The translations under genes and the position numbers were made by a program. From assembly GCF_041914405.1 (NCBI RefSeq), contig NZ_JAYSDK010000020.1, positions 11,077-75,076 on the forward strand: 64,000 nucleotides of DNA, in the 5' to 3' direction. A model generated the notes under the pieces. It saw only the letters and a list, made by a program, of their open reading frames with translations. It searched no databases and was not told the origin of the DNA. This DNA comes from Zoogloea sp. Its GTDB lineage: Bacteria > Pseudomonadota > Gammaproteobacteria > Burkholderiales > Rhodocyclaceae. Below, in pieces: positions 18,209 to 29,184 of the stretch (position 1 is the stretch's first letter; the number at the start of each line of letters is the position of its first letter).

Positions 18209-20230
18209 ATGATTTCCGCAAGACTGACCCCCATCGCCGTTGTCGTTTCCATGCTGGCGACGCTTCCCGCCCATGCGGCCGACTCCGGCGACAGCGTGGC
18301 GCTGACCCTCGGTGAGGTGGTCGTCAGCGGCAGCGCCGATGGCCCGCTGCAGGCCCGACGTGTGCTGAGCTCGGTGGATATCCTGCCGGAGGCGCGCATC
18401 GCGAACCAGGTGGTGGCCAACAACTGGCAGCTGTTCGGCCAGTTGCCCGGCGTGATGCTGACCCAGTTCGGCCAGGGCACTACGTCCGGCAAATTTTCCA
18501 TGCGCGGCTTCAACGGGGAAGGGGAGATCAACGCGGTCAAGCTCCTGATCGACGGGGTGCCGTCCAACAGCAACGACGGCAACATGCCCTACATCGATCT
18601 GGCGCCGCGGCTGGACATCGAATCCATCGAGGTGGTGCGCGGCACCAACGATCCGCGCTACGGCCTGCACAACATCGCCGGTAACGCCAACATCATCACC
18701 AAGAGCGGCGGCAACTATGTGCAGGGGCGGGCCACCCTCGGCAGCTTCCAGACTCGCGAACTGCAGGCGGCGGCGGGCATCGAGCAGGGCGCGCTGGCGC
18801 AGAACTACGCGCTGGCGGTGAACTCGACCGACGGCTACCGAGCCCATTCCGGTGCCGAGAACGGCGCCTTCAGCGGCAAATGGTTCATTACGCCGGAAGG
18901 CGGCAACAGCCGCTTTGGCTTGATCCTGCGCCACTCCACCGCCCGCGCCGATGAGGCGGGCTACCTGACCGATGCCCAGCGCCGCGCCGACCCGGACCAG
19001 TCGCCGGCCCACAACCGGACCGACGAAGACCGCCGGATGGCCACCCAGGTGGCGCTGCAGGCGGAAACCGCGCTGGGCAGCCAGCTGTTCTGGACCGGCC
19101 AGGTCTACCTGAACAATCTGGATGATCGCCGCTTCGTGACCTTCTCGGCCAATGTCTCCCAGCAGGAGCGCGTCGTCGCGGAAACCCACAGCGGTGCGTC
19201 CACGACGCTGACCTGGCGGGCCGGCAAGACGGTCCTCGGCGATCTGTCGGTGATGGGCGGCCTCGACGTGGAGCGCCAGGACAACCGCAGCACCCGCTAC
19301 AACACCGTCAGCCAGGTGCGCCAGAGCCAGACCCGCGACCAGGCTTTCGAGTTCGACACTGCCGGCGCCTTCGTGCAGGCGGTGCTCAAGCCGCTGCCCG
19401 GCCTGAGCCTGACGCCGGCCTTCCGTGCCGACCGCGTTGACGGCACCTACACCAACCGCCTCAACGGCAAGACCTACGACATCAACGACTACGGCACGAT
19501 CAACCAGCCGAAGATGAGCGCGGTGTATGCGCTGTCCGATGCGTACTCGGTGTACGGAAACTGGGGCCGCAGCTTCCAGGTCGGCGTGGGTACCGCTTCT
19601 TATAAGGTGAACCAGACGGCCGACCTGTCGCCGTCGATCAATGAAGGCTGGGAGGCCGGCCTCAAGTTCCGCCCGCTGGCCTGGCTGGAGGGCCGCCTCG
19701 CGGCCTGGCGCCAGACCGCTTCCAACGAAGCGCGGCGCAAGCTCAACGACCCGGCCAACGACGCCGAGAACATCGGCCAGACCCGCCGCCAGGGTGTAGA
19801 CCTGCAGCTCAACGCCCAGCCCACGCGCCAGCTCGGCCTGTGGGTCGGCGCCGCGCTGCAGCGCTCGAAGATCCTGCAGGCCGACGCGGTGTCCGCCGGC
19901 ACCGTCGGCAAGGAGATCGACCATGTGCCTCACCTGCTCTACAACCTGGGCGCCGATTACCAGGCCAGCGAGGCCTGGCGCCTGTCGGCATGGATAAATG
20001 GGCAGAGCAGCTATTACCTGGAGCGCACCAACAGCACCGGCAAGTTTGGCGGCTACGCGCTGGCCAACGTGGCGGCGGCCTATCGCCTCAGCCCGCGCAT
20101 CAATCTGGAGGTACAGGTGCGCAACCTGTTCGACCGCTACAGCGAATACGCTTGGTGGGATGGCACCCAGTCCCTTCACGCTCCGGGCGCGCCGCGCAGC
20201 GTTTACGGGACGGTCGCGGTCAAGTTCTGA
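18209..20230 (+). CDS. TonB-dependent receptor, substrate unknown
   Basis: Signal peptide ending AHA-A; LGEVVVSG; IESIEVVRGTNDPRYGLHNIAGNANIIT; C-terminal NLFDRYSEY...GAPRSVYGTVAVKF. Confidence 0.92.
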   Translation: MISARLTPIAVVVSMLATLPAHAADSGDSVALTLGEVVVSGSADGPLQARRVLSSVDILPEARIANQVVANNWQLFGQLPGVMLTQFGQGTTSGKFSMRGFNGEGEINAVKLLIDGVPSNSNDGNMPYIDLAPRLDIESIEVVRGTNDPRYGLHNIAGNANIITKSGGNYVQGRATLGSFQTRELQAAAGIEQGALAQNYALAVNSTDGYRAHSGAENGAFSGKWFITPEGGNSRFGLILRHSTARADEAGYLTDAQRRADPDQSPAHNRTDEDRRMATQVALQAETALGSQLFWTGQVYLNNLDDRRFVTFSANVSQQERVVAETHSGASTTLTWRAGKTVLGDLSVMGGLDVERQDNRSTRYNTVSQVRQSQTRDQAFEFDTAGAFVQAVLKPLPGLSLTPAFRADRVDGTYTNRLNGKTYDINDYGTINQPKMSAVYALSDAYSVYGNWGRSFQVGVGTASYKVNQTADLSPSINEGWEAGLKFRPLAWLEGRLAAWRQTASNEARRKLNDPANDAENIGQTRRQGVDLQLNAQPTRQLGLWVGAALQRSKILQADAVSAGTVGKEIDHVPHLLYNLGADYQASEAWRLSAWINGQSSYYLERTNSTGKFGGYALANVAAAYRLSPRINLEVQVRNLFDRYSEYAWWDGTQSLHAPGAPRSVYGTVAVKF

Positions 20231-20236
20231 GCCTCG

Positions 20237-21403
20237 ATGAAACGCGAACTGCGCCGCCTGTGGGTCAAGCTGCACCTGTATGTCGGCTTGCTGGCCGGCG
20301 GCCTGTTCGTGCTGCTGGGGCTCACCGGCAGCGTGTTGGTGTTCTACCTGGACGTGGATGACCTGCTCAATCCGCAGATCCGCGTCAGCGCAGCGGCGCC
20401 CGCGCCGTCGCCGGAGGCGGTATTCCAGGCGCTGCGCGCCCGCTACCCGCAGCGCGACGGCCCGTGGCGCATTGAGATGCCGCTGTCGGCGGACGCGCCT
20501 GTACTGGCCCGCTATTACAACCCGCCGGAAACCGCCGGGCGCGGCTTTGCGCCGCTGATGCTGAGCCTTGATCCGCGCTCACTGGAAGTCACCAGCGCGC
20601 GCTTCTGGGGCGACTACGCGACGACCTGGCTGTTCGACCTGCATTACACGCTGCTGGCGGGCGAGGGCGGCAAGACGGCGGTCGGTATCCTCGGCCTGCT
20701 GCTGGCGTTTTCATTGCTCAGTGGGCTCTACCTGTGGTGGCCCAGTCGTGCCCGTCTGAGCGCGGCGCTGAAGCCGGTGCTGCGTAGCGGCGCGGTTCGC
20801 CGCACCTACGATCTACACGTGTTTGGTGGCGTCTATGGCTTGCCGGTGCTGCTGGTGCTGGCGCTGACCGGCAGCGCGCTGGCTCTGCCGGACTTCACCC
20901 GCGATCTGGTCGCCAGCGCGTCGACACTGCGGGAGGCATACCGGCCACCAGCAGGCCTGCTGGACGATGGCGCTAAGCCGATCGCCCTCGATGCGGCGGT
21001 GAGCGTCGCCCGCAAGTCTTTTCCTGGTGCGGAGCTGCGCTGGGTCGAGACCTCCGGCAGCGCTGGGCGGCCGATCTCGGTGCGCTTCCATCAGCCTGGC
21101 GAACCCGGCCGGCGTTTCCCGCGCTCCCAGGTGTGGGTAGACCCGAGCGATGGGCAGGTGCTGGCGGTGCGTGATCCGCTGCGGGAATCCGCCGGCGACG
21201 GCTTTCTGGCCTGGATGCATCCGCTCCACAACGGTGAGGCCTTCGGGCTGCCCGGCCGTATCCTCGCCTGCGTGGCGGGGCTGCTGCCGGCACTGTTGTT
21301 CGTCACCGGTTGGATGCGCTGGCGGCACAAAGTCCGCGCCCGTGCGCAGCGGGAGACCCGGCCGGTGTCGCATACCACCACCCACAGGGTTGGCACTCCA
21401 TAG
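20237..21403 (+). CDS. PepSY-associated TM-helix protein (putative inner-membrane reductase, PiuB/FoxB-like)
   Basis: KLHLYVGL...TGSVLVF; DLHYTLL; SGLYLWWP; DLHVFGG; HPLHNGEAFG. Confidence 0.9.
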   Translation: MKRELRRLWVKLHLYVGLLAGGLFVLLGLTGSVLVFYLDVDDLLNPQIRVSAAAPAPSPEAVFQALRARYPQRDGPWRIEMPLSADAPVLARYYNPPETAGRGFAPLMLSLDPRSLEVTSARFWGDYATTWLFDLHYTLLAGEGGKTAVGILGLLLAFSLLSGLYLWWPSRARLSAALKPVLRSGAVRRTYDLHVFGGVYGLPVLLVLALTGSALALPDFTRDLVASASTLREAYRPPAGLLDDGAKPIALDAAVSVARKSFPGAELRWVETSGSAGRPISVRFHQPGEPGRRFPRSQVWVDPSDGQVLAVRDPLRESAGDGFLAWMHPLHNGEAFGLPGRILACVAGLLPALLFVTGWMRWRHKVRARAQRETRPVSHTTTHRVGTP

Positions 21404-21460
21404 GGCGGCATCTGAGGCGTTTCTGGCCTGCCGCAGTGAATTTGCTGGAACGGCTTTTTC

Positions 21461-21486
21461 CTTACGGGGTCTTTACGCAGTCTTAC
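21461..21486. promoter_or_regulatory. Three YTTAC direct repeats at 10-11 bp pitch (CpxR/OmpR-type box) upstream of mdtA
   Basis: CTTAC 21461, TTTAC 21472, CTTAC 21482; reverse complement resembles GTAAA-N5-GTAAA. Confidence 0.4.
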
Positions 21487-21573
21487 GAAGGCATCGTGTA
21501 GCATTGCGACCGCCTCTCGATGGCTTCGAAATGCCGGCCTGTAGCGGGCCGGCGCCTTCCGGAAAAACGCTCC

Positions 21574-22842
21574 ATGCCCAGCCCTGCCTCTGCTCCGTCC
21601 GATTCAGCTTCCCGTCCCCGTCGTCGTATTCTTCCCTGGCTCATCGTGCTGGCCCTCGCGGCCGGCGGGGGCTGGTATTACACCCACCGCAGCCCAGCGG
21701 ACGGGGAAGGAGGCGGCGGCAAGGCAGCTGACGGGCGGCGTGGCGGTCGTGACGGGCGCGGCGAGCGGCCGATCCCGGTAAGCCTCGCGACAATTGCCAC
21801 CGGCGACATCCGGGTGATGGTGCCGGCCCTCGGCAGCGTGGTGCCGCGCAACCAGGTGACCGTGCGCTCGCGGGTCGACGGTCCGCTGCTGGCAGTCAAA
21901 TTCACCGAAGGCCAGCCGGTCAAGGCGGGCGATGTGCTCGCGCTGATCGATCCCGATCCCTTCCGAGCCACGCTGGAGCAGGCCCGCGGCCAGTTGGCAC
22001 GGGACGCGGCGCTGCTGAAGAACGCCCAGATCGACCTCGACCGTTACAAGGGCCTGCTACGCCAGGATTCCATTGCCGAGCAGCAGGTGGCGACCCAGGA
22101 GGCGCTGGTGCGCCAGTACCAGGGCACCGTGCAGGCCGACCAGGCGGCGGTGAAGAGCGCCGAGCTGCAGCTGTCCTACACCACCATCAAGGCCCCGATC
22201 AGCGGCCGGGCCGGCCTGCGGGCCGTGGACCCGGGCAATATCGTGAAGGCCTCCGACACCACCGGGCTGGTGACCATTGCCCAGGTGAGCCCGATCACCG
22301 CCGTGTTCCCGGTGCCGGAAGACCGCCTGCCGGCGGTCATGAAGCGCGTGCGCGAAGGCAAGGGCCTGATCGCCGAGGCCTGGGACCGGGAGATGAAAAA
22401 CCACCTCGCCGATGGCAAGCTGTTGGCGGTGGATAGCCAGATCGACAGCACCACCGGCACCGTCAAGTTGAAGGCGGATTTCGCCAACAAGGACGGCAGC
22501 CTGTTCCCCAACCAGTTCGTCAACGTACGCCTGATCCTCGACACCCTGGCCGGTGTCGTCACGGTGCCGACCGCTGCGGTCCAGCAGGGTGCCAAGGGCA
22601 GTTATGTCTATAAGGTCGGTGAGGGCAACAAGGTCGCGTCGGTGCCGGTCAAGCTGGGGCCGGTGGATGGCGACAAAGCCGTCGTCGAGGACGGCCTCGC
22701 CGCCGGTGACCGGGTCGTTGTGGACGGCCTCGACAAGCTGAAGGACGGCGCCCAGATCGAGGCCATCGACCCGAAGGCCGTGGATGCGCCCGGGCGGGAG
22801 AGGAAGCGCGGCGGCAACGGCGGCGGTCGTCCGGGGCATTAA
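21574..22842 (+). CDS. mdtA: RND efflux membrane-fusion protein, MdtA family
   Basis: N-terminal TM; ALGSVVPRNQVTVRSRVDG, IKAPISGRAGLR, DSQIDSTTGTVKLKA, LFPNQFVNVRL. Confidence 0.9.
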   Translation: MPSPASAPSDSASRPRRRILPWLIVLALAAGGGWYYTHRSPADGEGGGGKAADGRRGGRDGRGERPIPVSLATIATGDIRVMVPALGSVVPRNQVTVRSRVDGPLLAVKFTEGQPVKAGDVLALIDPDPFRATLEQARGQLARDAALLKNAQIDLDRYKGLLRQDSIAEQQVATQEALVRQYQGTVQADQAAVKSAELQLSYTTIKAPISGRAGLRAVDPGNIVKASDTTGLVTIAQVSPITAVFPVPEDRLPAVMKRVREGKGLIAEAWDREMKNHLADGKLLAVDSQIDSTTGTVKLKADFANKDGSLFPNQFVNVRLILDTLAGVVTVPTAAVQQGAKGSYVYKVGEGNKVASVPVKLGPVDGDKAVVEDGLAAGDRVVVDGLDKLKDGAQIEAIDPKAVDAPGRERKRGGNGGGRPGH

Positions 22843-22845
22843 CGC

Positions 22846-25800
22846 ATGAACCCGTCCCGTCCGTTCATCCTGCGGCCGGTGGCGACCTCCCTGCTGATGG
22901 TCGCCATCCTGCTGGTGGGCCTCGTCGCCTATCGCCTGCTGCCCATCTCGGCGTTGCCCGAGGTGGATTACCCGACCATCCAGGTCAAAACCTTGTATCC
23001 CGGCGCCAGCCCGGATGTGATGACTTCGGCCATCACCGCGCCGCTGGAGCGCCAGTTCGGCCAGATGCCGGGGCTGGACGAGATGTCGTCCACCAGCTCC
23101 GGCGGGGCCTCGGTGATCACCCTGCGCTTCAGCCTGTCCCTGAGCCTGGACGTGGCCGAGCAGCAGGTACAGGCGGCCATCAACGCCGCATCCAACCTGC
23201 TGCCCACCGACCTGCCGGCACCGCCCACCTACAGCAAAGTTAACCCCGCCGACGCGCCGATCCTGAGCTTGGCGGTGAGCTCGAAGAGCCTGCCGATCAC
23301 GCGCATCCACGATCTGGTTGAGAGCCGACTGGCGATGAAGATCTCCCAGGTGCCGGGGGTCGGCCTCGTCAGCATCGCCGGCGGGCGCCGTCCGGCGGTG
23401 CGGGTGCAGGTCAATCCGACCGCCGCGGCTGCCTACGGGCTGGGGCTGGAGGACATCCGCACGGCCATCGCCAACGCCAACGTGACCCAGGCCAAGGGCA
23501 GCTTCGACGGGCCCCAGCGGGCCTCCACCATCGACGCCAACGACCAGCTGCGTTCCGCCGACGAGTACCGCGGCCTGATCGTCGCCTATAAAAACGGCAA
23601 CCCGGTGCGCCTGTCCGATGTGGCCAACCTGGCCGACGACGCCGAGAACCTGCGCCTCGCCGCCTGGGCCGATGATCAGGCGGCGGTGATCATCAACGTG
23701 CAGCGCCAGCCGGGCGCCAACGTGATCGAGGTGGCCGACCGGGTTACCGCGCTGCTGCCGCAGATGACCGCCAGCCTGCCGGCCTCGCTCGATGTGCGTG
23801 TGCTGTCCGACCGCACCACCACCATCCGCGCTTCGGTGCACGACGTGCAGATTGAGCTGATGATGGCCGTGGCCCTGGTGGTGATGGTGATCTTTATGTT
23901 CCTGCGCAGCGTGCCGGCGACCATCATCCCCAGCGTGGCGGTGCCGCTGTCACTGGTCGGCACCTTCGGCGTGATGTACCTGGCTGGCTTCAGCCTCAAC
24001 AATCTCACCCTGATGGCGCTGACCATCTCCACCGGCTTCGTGGTGGACGACGCCATCGTGATGATCGAGAACATCGCCCGCTACGTGGAGGAGGGCGAAT
24101 CGCCGATGCAGGCCGCGCTGAAGGGGGCCAAGCAGATCGGTTTCACCATCATCTCGCTGACCTTCTCGCTGATCGCCGTGCTGATTCCGTTGCTGTTCAT
24201 GGCGGACGTGGTCGGCCGGCTGTTCCGCGAGTTCGCGATCACGCTGGCGATCGCCATCCTGATCTCCGCCTTTGTGTCCCTGACCCTCACGCCGATGATG
24301 TGCGCGCGGCTCCTCAAGCACGTGCCGGAGGCCGAGCAGGGGCGCTTCTACAAGGTGATGGGTGACTTCTTCGACCGCGTCATCGCCCGTTACGGCGTGA
24401 TGCTGCAGTGGGTGCTCGACCGCCAGGGCCTGACCCTGGTGGTCGCCGTCGGCACCCTGGCGCTGACCGCGCTGCTTTACGTGGTGGTGCCCAAGGGCTT
24501 CTTCCCGGTCCAGGACACCGGCGCGATCCAGGGCATTACCGAGGCGAGCCAGTCGATCTCCTTTTCCGCCATGTCGCAGCGCCAGCAGGCGCTGGCCGAG
24601 GTGGTGCTGAAGGATCCGGCGGTGGCCAGCCTGTCGTCCTTCATCGGCGTGGATGGCGCCAACGCGACCCTCAACAGCGGGCGCATGATGATCAACCTCA
24701 AGCCGCTCGCCGAGCGGGACGCCAGCGCCAGCGAGGTGATCCGCCGCTTGACGCCGGAGGTGCGCAAGGTGGCCGGCATTACGCTGTACATGCAGCCGGT
24801 GCAGGATCTGTCCATCGAGGACAAGGTCAGCCGCACCCAGTACCAGTTCTCCTTGCAGTCGCCGGATTCGGCGGCGCTGGCCGAATGGGTACCGCGCCTC
24901 GTCGAGCGCCTGAAAGGTCTGCCGCAGCTGGCCGACGTGGCCAGCGACCTGCAGGACAAGGGCCTGCAGGCGTGGGTGGAGATCGACCGGGCCAGCGCCA
25001 GCCGCCTTGGTGTCAGCACCGCGGCCATCGACAACGCCTTGTACAACGCCTACGGCCAGCGCCTGATATCCACCATCTTCACGCAGGCCACCCAGTACCG
25101 CGTGGTGCTGGAGGTGAAACCGGAGTTCCGCAGCAGCCCGGCCTCCATCGCCAACCTCTACGTGCCGGGCAGCGGCGGCGCCCAGGTGCCGCTGTCGGCG
25201 GTGGCGCGGGTCGTCGAACGGCCGGCGATGCTGGCGGTGAACCACATCGGCCAGTTCCCGGCGGTGACCCTGTCCTTCAACCTGGCACCGGGCGCCTCCC
25301 TCGGCGAGGCGGTGGAGGCGATCCGTTCGGCCGAGGCCGACCTGGGCCTGCCAGCCAGCATCGAGACCAGCTTCCAGGGCGCGGCGCTGGCCTTCCAGGC
25401 CTCGCTGACCAACACCCTGCTGCTGATCCTGGCTGCGGTAGTGACCATGTACATCGTGCTCGGCGTGCTCTACGAGAGCTACATCCACCCGGTCACCATC
25501 CTGTCCACACTGCCGTCTGCGGGCGTCGGCGCGCTGTTGGCCTTGCTGATGGCGCGCAGCGAGCTGGGCATCGTCGGCATCATCGGCATCGTGCTCTTGA
25601 TCGGCATCGTCAAGAAGAACGCGATCATGATGATCGACTTCGCCCTCGACGCCGAGCGGCGCGAAGGCCTCGCTCCGCGGGAGGCCATCTACCAGGCCTG
25701 CCTCCTGCGTTTCCGGCCGATCCTGATGACCACGCTGGCGGCGCTGCTCGGTGCGCTGCCGCTGATGCTGGGCGCCGGCGTTGGATCCGAACTGCGCCAT

Positions 25801-25917
25801 CCGCTCGGCGTGACGATGGTCGGTGGCCTGCTCGTCAGCCAGGTGCTGACGCTGTTCACCACGCCGGTGATCTACCTGGCCTTCGATCGCCTCGCACGGC
25901 GGGGGAGGGCGGCATGA
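22846..25917 (+). CDS. mdtB: RND efflux permease, MdtB family
   Basis: [65 protein letters not shown]. Confidence 0.94.
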   Translation: MNPSRPFILRPVATSLLMVAILLVGLVAYRLLPISALPEVDYPTIQVKTLYPGASPDVMTSAITAPLERQFGQMPGLDEMSSTSSGGASVITLRFSLSLSLDVAEQQVQAAINAASNLLPTDLPAPPTYSKVNPADAPILSLAVSSKSLPITRIHDLVESRLAMKISQVPGVGLVSIAGGRRPAVRVQVNPTAAAAYGLGLEDIRTAIANANVTQAKGSFDGPQRASTIDANDQLRSADEYRGLIVAYKNGNPVRLSDVANLADDAENLRLAAWADDQAAVIINVQRQPGANVIEVADRVTALLPQMTASLPASLDVRVLSDRTTTIRASVHDVQIELMMAVALVVMVIFMFLRSVPATIIPSVAVPLSLVGTFGVMYLAGFSLNNLTLMALTISTGFVVDDAIVMIENIARYVEEGESPMQAALKGAKQIGFTIISLTFSLIAVLIPLLFMADVVGRLFREFAITLAIAILISAFVSLTLTPMMCARLLKHVPEAEQGRFYKVMGDFFDRVIARYGVMLQWVLDRQGLTLVVAVGTLALTALLYVVVPKGFFPVQDTGAIQGITEASQSISFSAMSQRQQALAEVVLKDPAVASLSSFIGVDGANATLNSGRMMINLKPLAERDASASEVIRRLTPEVRKVAGITLYMQPVQDLSIEDKVSRTQYQFSLQSPDSAALAEWVPRLVERLKGLPQLADVASDLQDKGLQAWVEIDRASASRLGVSTAAIDNALYNAYGQRLISTIFTQATQYRVVLEVKPEFRSSPASIANLYVPGSGGAQVPLSAVARVVERPAMLAVNHIGQFPAVTLSFNLAPGASLGEAVEAIRSAEADLGLPASIETSFQGAALAFQASLTNTLLLILAAVVTMYIVLGVLYESYIHPVTILSTLPSAGVGALLALLMARSELGIVGIIGIVLLIGIVKKNAIMMIDFALDAERREGLAPREAIYQACLLRFRPILMTTLAALLGALPLMLGAGVGSELRHPLGVTMVGGLLVSQVLTLFTTPVIYLAFDRLARRGRAA

Positions 25918-26099
25918 TGCCCGTGGTGGACGGGGATTCATTTGCCCCGGGTGGGCAGATCGACGTCCGCGGGCGAATGAATTCGCCCCAACAGGGGTGG
26001 GCGTGGTGGTTTGTTGTTGGGGCGAATTCATTCGCCCTCCAGTGGCTCCGCAGCGAGCCGGAGTCCGGCGACATGCTCTGGCAGGGCGGCGCGCGATGA
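25914..26099 (+). repeat. REP-like palindrome cluster between mdtB and mdtC, forming a 61-codon bridging ORF
   Basis: GGGCGAATGAATTCGCCCCAACA (25971-25993) and its inverse TGTTGGGGCGAATTCATTCGCCC (26015-26037); degenerate copy near 25928; AGGGCGGC repeated at 25906 and 26083; ATGA overlaps at both ends. Confidence 0.8.
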
Positions 26100-29000
26100 A
26101 CCTGTCCCGCCTGTTCATCTTCCGCCCGGTTGCCACCACGCTGCTCACGTTGGCGGTGGCGCTGGCCGGGGCGATCGCCTTCCGCCTGCTGCCGGTGTCG
26201 CCGCTGCCGCAGGTGGATTACCCGACCATCTCGGTGTCGGCCAACCTGCCCGGTGCCAGCCCGGAAACCATGGCGGCCACCGTCGCCGGGCCGCTGGAGC
26301 GCATCCTCGGGCAGATCGCCGGCGTTACCGAGCTGACCTCCTACAGCACCCTCGGCTCGACGCGGGTGACGCTGCAGTTCGAGCTGTCCCGCGACATCGA
26401 CGGCGCCGCCCGCGACGTGCAGGCCGCCATCAACGCGTCCCGCGGCCAGCTGCCGACCAGCCTGCCGAACAACCCGACTTATCGCAAAGTGAACCCGGCC
26501 GAGACGCCGATCATCATCCTGGCCCTCACGTCGGACACGCTGACCAAGGGCCAGCTCTACGATGCCGCGTCGACGGTGCTGGCCCAGCGCCTGTCCCAGG
26601 TGGAGGGGGTCGGCCAGGTTTCCATCGGCGGCAGTTCGCTGCCGGCGGTGCGCGTCGAGCTGGACCCGGATCGCCTCGCGGCCAACGGCCTCAACATGGA
26701 CGATGTGCGCAGCGCCATCGTCGGCACCAACGCCAACCGCCCGAAGGGCGTGGTGGAGGACGGCGAGCGGGCCTGGCAGGTCGGCGCCAACGATCAGGCG
26801 CGCACCGCCGACGAGTACAAGCCGCTCATCGTGTCGTGGAAGAACGGTGCGGCGGTGCGCCTGTCCGACGTGGCCAAGGTGCGCAACGGCATCGAGAACG
26901 ACCGCAACTACGGCTACGCCAACGGGCGCCCGGCGGTGCTGCTGATGGTCAATCGCCAGCCTGGCGCCAACATCATCGAGACCGTGGACCGGGTCACCGC
27001 GCTGCTGCCACACCTGCGCGCCAGCATCTCGCCGGCCATCGACGTGGACGTGGTGATGGACCGCACGCCGACCATCCGTGGCTCCCTGCACGAGGTGGAG
27101 CGTTCCCTGATGATTTCGGTGGCGCTGGTGGTGATGGTGGTCTTCCTGTTCCTGCGCAATTTGCGGGCGACGGTGATCCCCAGCGTGGTGGTGCCGGTGT
27201 CGCTGATCGGCACCTTCGCGGTGATGTACCTGGCCGGCTTCAGCCTGGACAACCTGTCGCTGATGGCGCTGACCATCGCCACCGGTTTCGTGGTGGACGA
27301 CGCCATCGTCGTGCTGGAGAACATCTCGCGCCACATCGACGAAGGCCTGCCGCCGCGCCAGGCCGCCCTGCGCGGCGCGCGGGAGATCGGCTTCACGGTG
27401 GTGTCGATGAGCCTGTCGCTGATCGCCGTGTTCATCCCGATCCTGGCCATGGGCGGCATCGTCGGGCGCCTGTTCCGGGAGTTCGCGATTACGCTGTCGG
27501 CGGCGATCCTGGTGTCGATGGTGGTGTCCCTCACCGCCACGCCGATGATGTGCGCGCGCCTGTTGCAGAAGCGCCCGCCGGAAGCTGCGCGCGGGCGCTT
27601 TGACCGCCTCGCCGGCGGCGCGCTGGATCGCCTGGTGGACGGCTATCGTCGCAGCCTGGGCTGGGCCCTGGCGCACCCGTGGCTGGTGCTGGGCATCCTG
27701 CTCGGCACTATCGCTGCCAACGTGCACCTCTACAACACGATTCCGAAGGGCTTCTTCCCGCAGCAGGACACCGGGCGCATCCGCGGCTTCGTCGAGGCCG
27801 ACCAGGCGATTTCCTTCCAGGCCATGAAGGGCAAGATGGACGTATTCCTGGCCATCGTCGGGGCCGACCCGGCGGTCGCCAACGTGGTCGGCTTTACTGG
27901 CGGCTCCCAGCTGAACTATGGCTCCATGTTCATTACGCTCAAGCCGATCGGGGTGCGCAAGGAATCCGCCGACGCTATTGTCGGCCGACTGCGCAAGAAG
28001 CTGGCCCATGTGCCGGGCGCCAACCTCTATCTCAATCCGGTGCAGGACATCCGCATCGGCGGGCGCTCCAGCAACTCCAGCCAGCAGTTCACCCTGCAAT
28101 CGGACAACCTGGACGAGCTGCGCCTGTGGGAGCCGCGCATCCGCAATGCGTTGAGCCGCCTCGACGAGATCACCGACGTGAGTTCCGACCAGCAGGACCG
28201 CGGCCCGCAGACCACGCTGGTGATCGACCGCGACGCGGTGGCCCGCTACGGCCTGACCATGCGCGCGGTGACGACGGCGCTCAACAACGCCTACGGGCAG
28301 CGCCAGGTATCCACCATCTACAACCCGCTCAACCAGTACAGGGTGGTGATGGAAGCAGCGTCCGACTACCTGCAGGGGCCGGAATCCCTGGCGCGGCTGA
28401 CCCTGGTGTCGTCCTCCGGCGCCCAGGTGCCGCTGTCGGCGGTGGCCCGCGTGGTGTCCACGCTGGCGCCGCTGTCGGTGAGCCACCAGGGCGGTGCGGC
28501 GGCGTCCACGATCAGCTTCGCGCTGCCCGAAGGGCGCTCCATCGGCGAGGCCACCGAGGCCATCCGCGCGGCGGTGGCGCGCATCGGCGTGCCGGTGAGC
28601 ATCCGCACCAGCTTCGAGGGCAGCACCGGCGCCTTCCAGAAATCCATGAGCACCCAGCCGCTGCTGATTCTGGCCGCGGTGGTGACCATCTACATCGTGC
28701 TCGGCATGCTCTACGAGAGCCTGATCCACCCGATCACCATCCTGTCCACGCTGCCGTCGGCGGGTGTCGGGGCGCTGCTGGCGCTGATGGGCATGGACAC
28801 CGAGTTCAGCCTGATCGCGATGATCGGGGTGATCCTGCTGATCGGCATCGTCAAGAAAAACGCGATCATGATGATCGACGTGGCGATCGCGCTGCAGCGC
28901 CAGGGCGCCAGCGCCCGCGATGCGATCCACCACGCCTGCCTGCTGCGTTTCCGGCCGATCCTGATGACCACGCTGGCGGCCCTGTTCGGCGCCATCCCGC

Positions 29001-29182
29001 TGGCCATCGGTACTGGCGACGGCGCCGAGCTGCGCCAGCCGCTGGGCATCGCCATCGTCGGCGGCCTGATCCTCAGCCAGATCCTTACCCTCTACACCAC
29101 GCCGGTCGTCTTCGTGATGCTCGACCGGCTGCGCCGCCAGCCCAAGCCCGCGGCGGCATTGCAGGCGGAGAGCGCCCTTTGA
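26096..29182 (+). CDS. mdtC: RND efflux permease, MdtC family
   Basis: [63 protein letters not shown]. Confidence 0.93.
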   Translation: MNLSRLFIFRPVATTLLTLAVALAGAIAFRLLPVSPLPQVDYPTISVSANLPGASPETMAATVAGPLERILGQIAGVTELTSYSTLGSTRVTLQFELSRDIDGAARDVQAAINASRGQLPTSLPNNPTYRKVNPAETPIIILALTSDTLTKGQLYDAASTVLAQRLSQVEGVGQVSIGGSSLPAVRVELDPDRLAANGLNMDDVRSAIVGTNANRPKGVVEDGERAWQVGANDQARTADEYKPLIVSWKNGAAVRLSDVAKVRNGIENDRNYGYANGRPAVLLMVNRQPGANIIETVDRVTALLPHLRASISPAIDVDVVMDRTPTIRGSLHEVERSLMISVALVVMVVFLFLRNLRATVIPSVVVPVSLIGTFAVMYLAGFSLDNLSLMALTIATGFVVDDAIVVLENISRHIDEGLPPRQAALRGAREIGFTVVSMSLSLIAVFIPILAMGGIVGRLFREFAITLSAAILVSMVVSLTATPMMCARLLQKRPPEAARGRFDRLAGGALDRLVDGYRRSLGWALAHPWLVLGILLGTIAANVHLYNTIPKGFFPQQDTGRIRGFVEADQAISFQAMKGKMDVFLAIVGADPAVANVVGFTGGSQLNYGSMFITLKPIGVRKESADAIVGRLRKKLAHVPGANLYLNPVQDIRIGGRSSNSSQQFTLQSDNLDELRLWEPRIRNALSRLDEITDVSSDQQDRGPQTTLVIDRDAVARYGLTMRAVTTALNNAYGQRQVSTIYNPLNQYRVVMEAASDYLQGPESLARLTLVSSSGAQVPLSAVARVVSTLAPLSVSHQGGAAASTISFALPEGRSIGEATEAIRAAVARIGVPVSIRTSFEGSTGAFQKSMSTQPLLILAAVVTIYIVLGMLYESLIHPITILSTLPSAGVGALLALMGMDTEFSLIAMIGVILLIGIVKKNAIMMIDVAIALQRQGASARDAIHHACLLRFRPILMTTLAALFGAIPLAIGTGDGAELRQPLGIAIVGGLILSQILTLYTTPVVFVMLDRLRRQPKPAAALQAESAL

Positions 29183-29184
29183 AG

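Noticed and set aside
18170-20275. Long antisense ORFs (also 25856-29257, 37707-39119, 60297-62357 and others)
   Set aside because: Shadow frames opposite well-supported genes, expected from high GC3 bias; no recognisable domains
27679-29178. Upstream part of the 1025-aa ORF 27679-30756
   Set aside because: Out-of-frame overlap with mdtC; only the part from about 29179 encodes the outer-membrane factor
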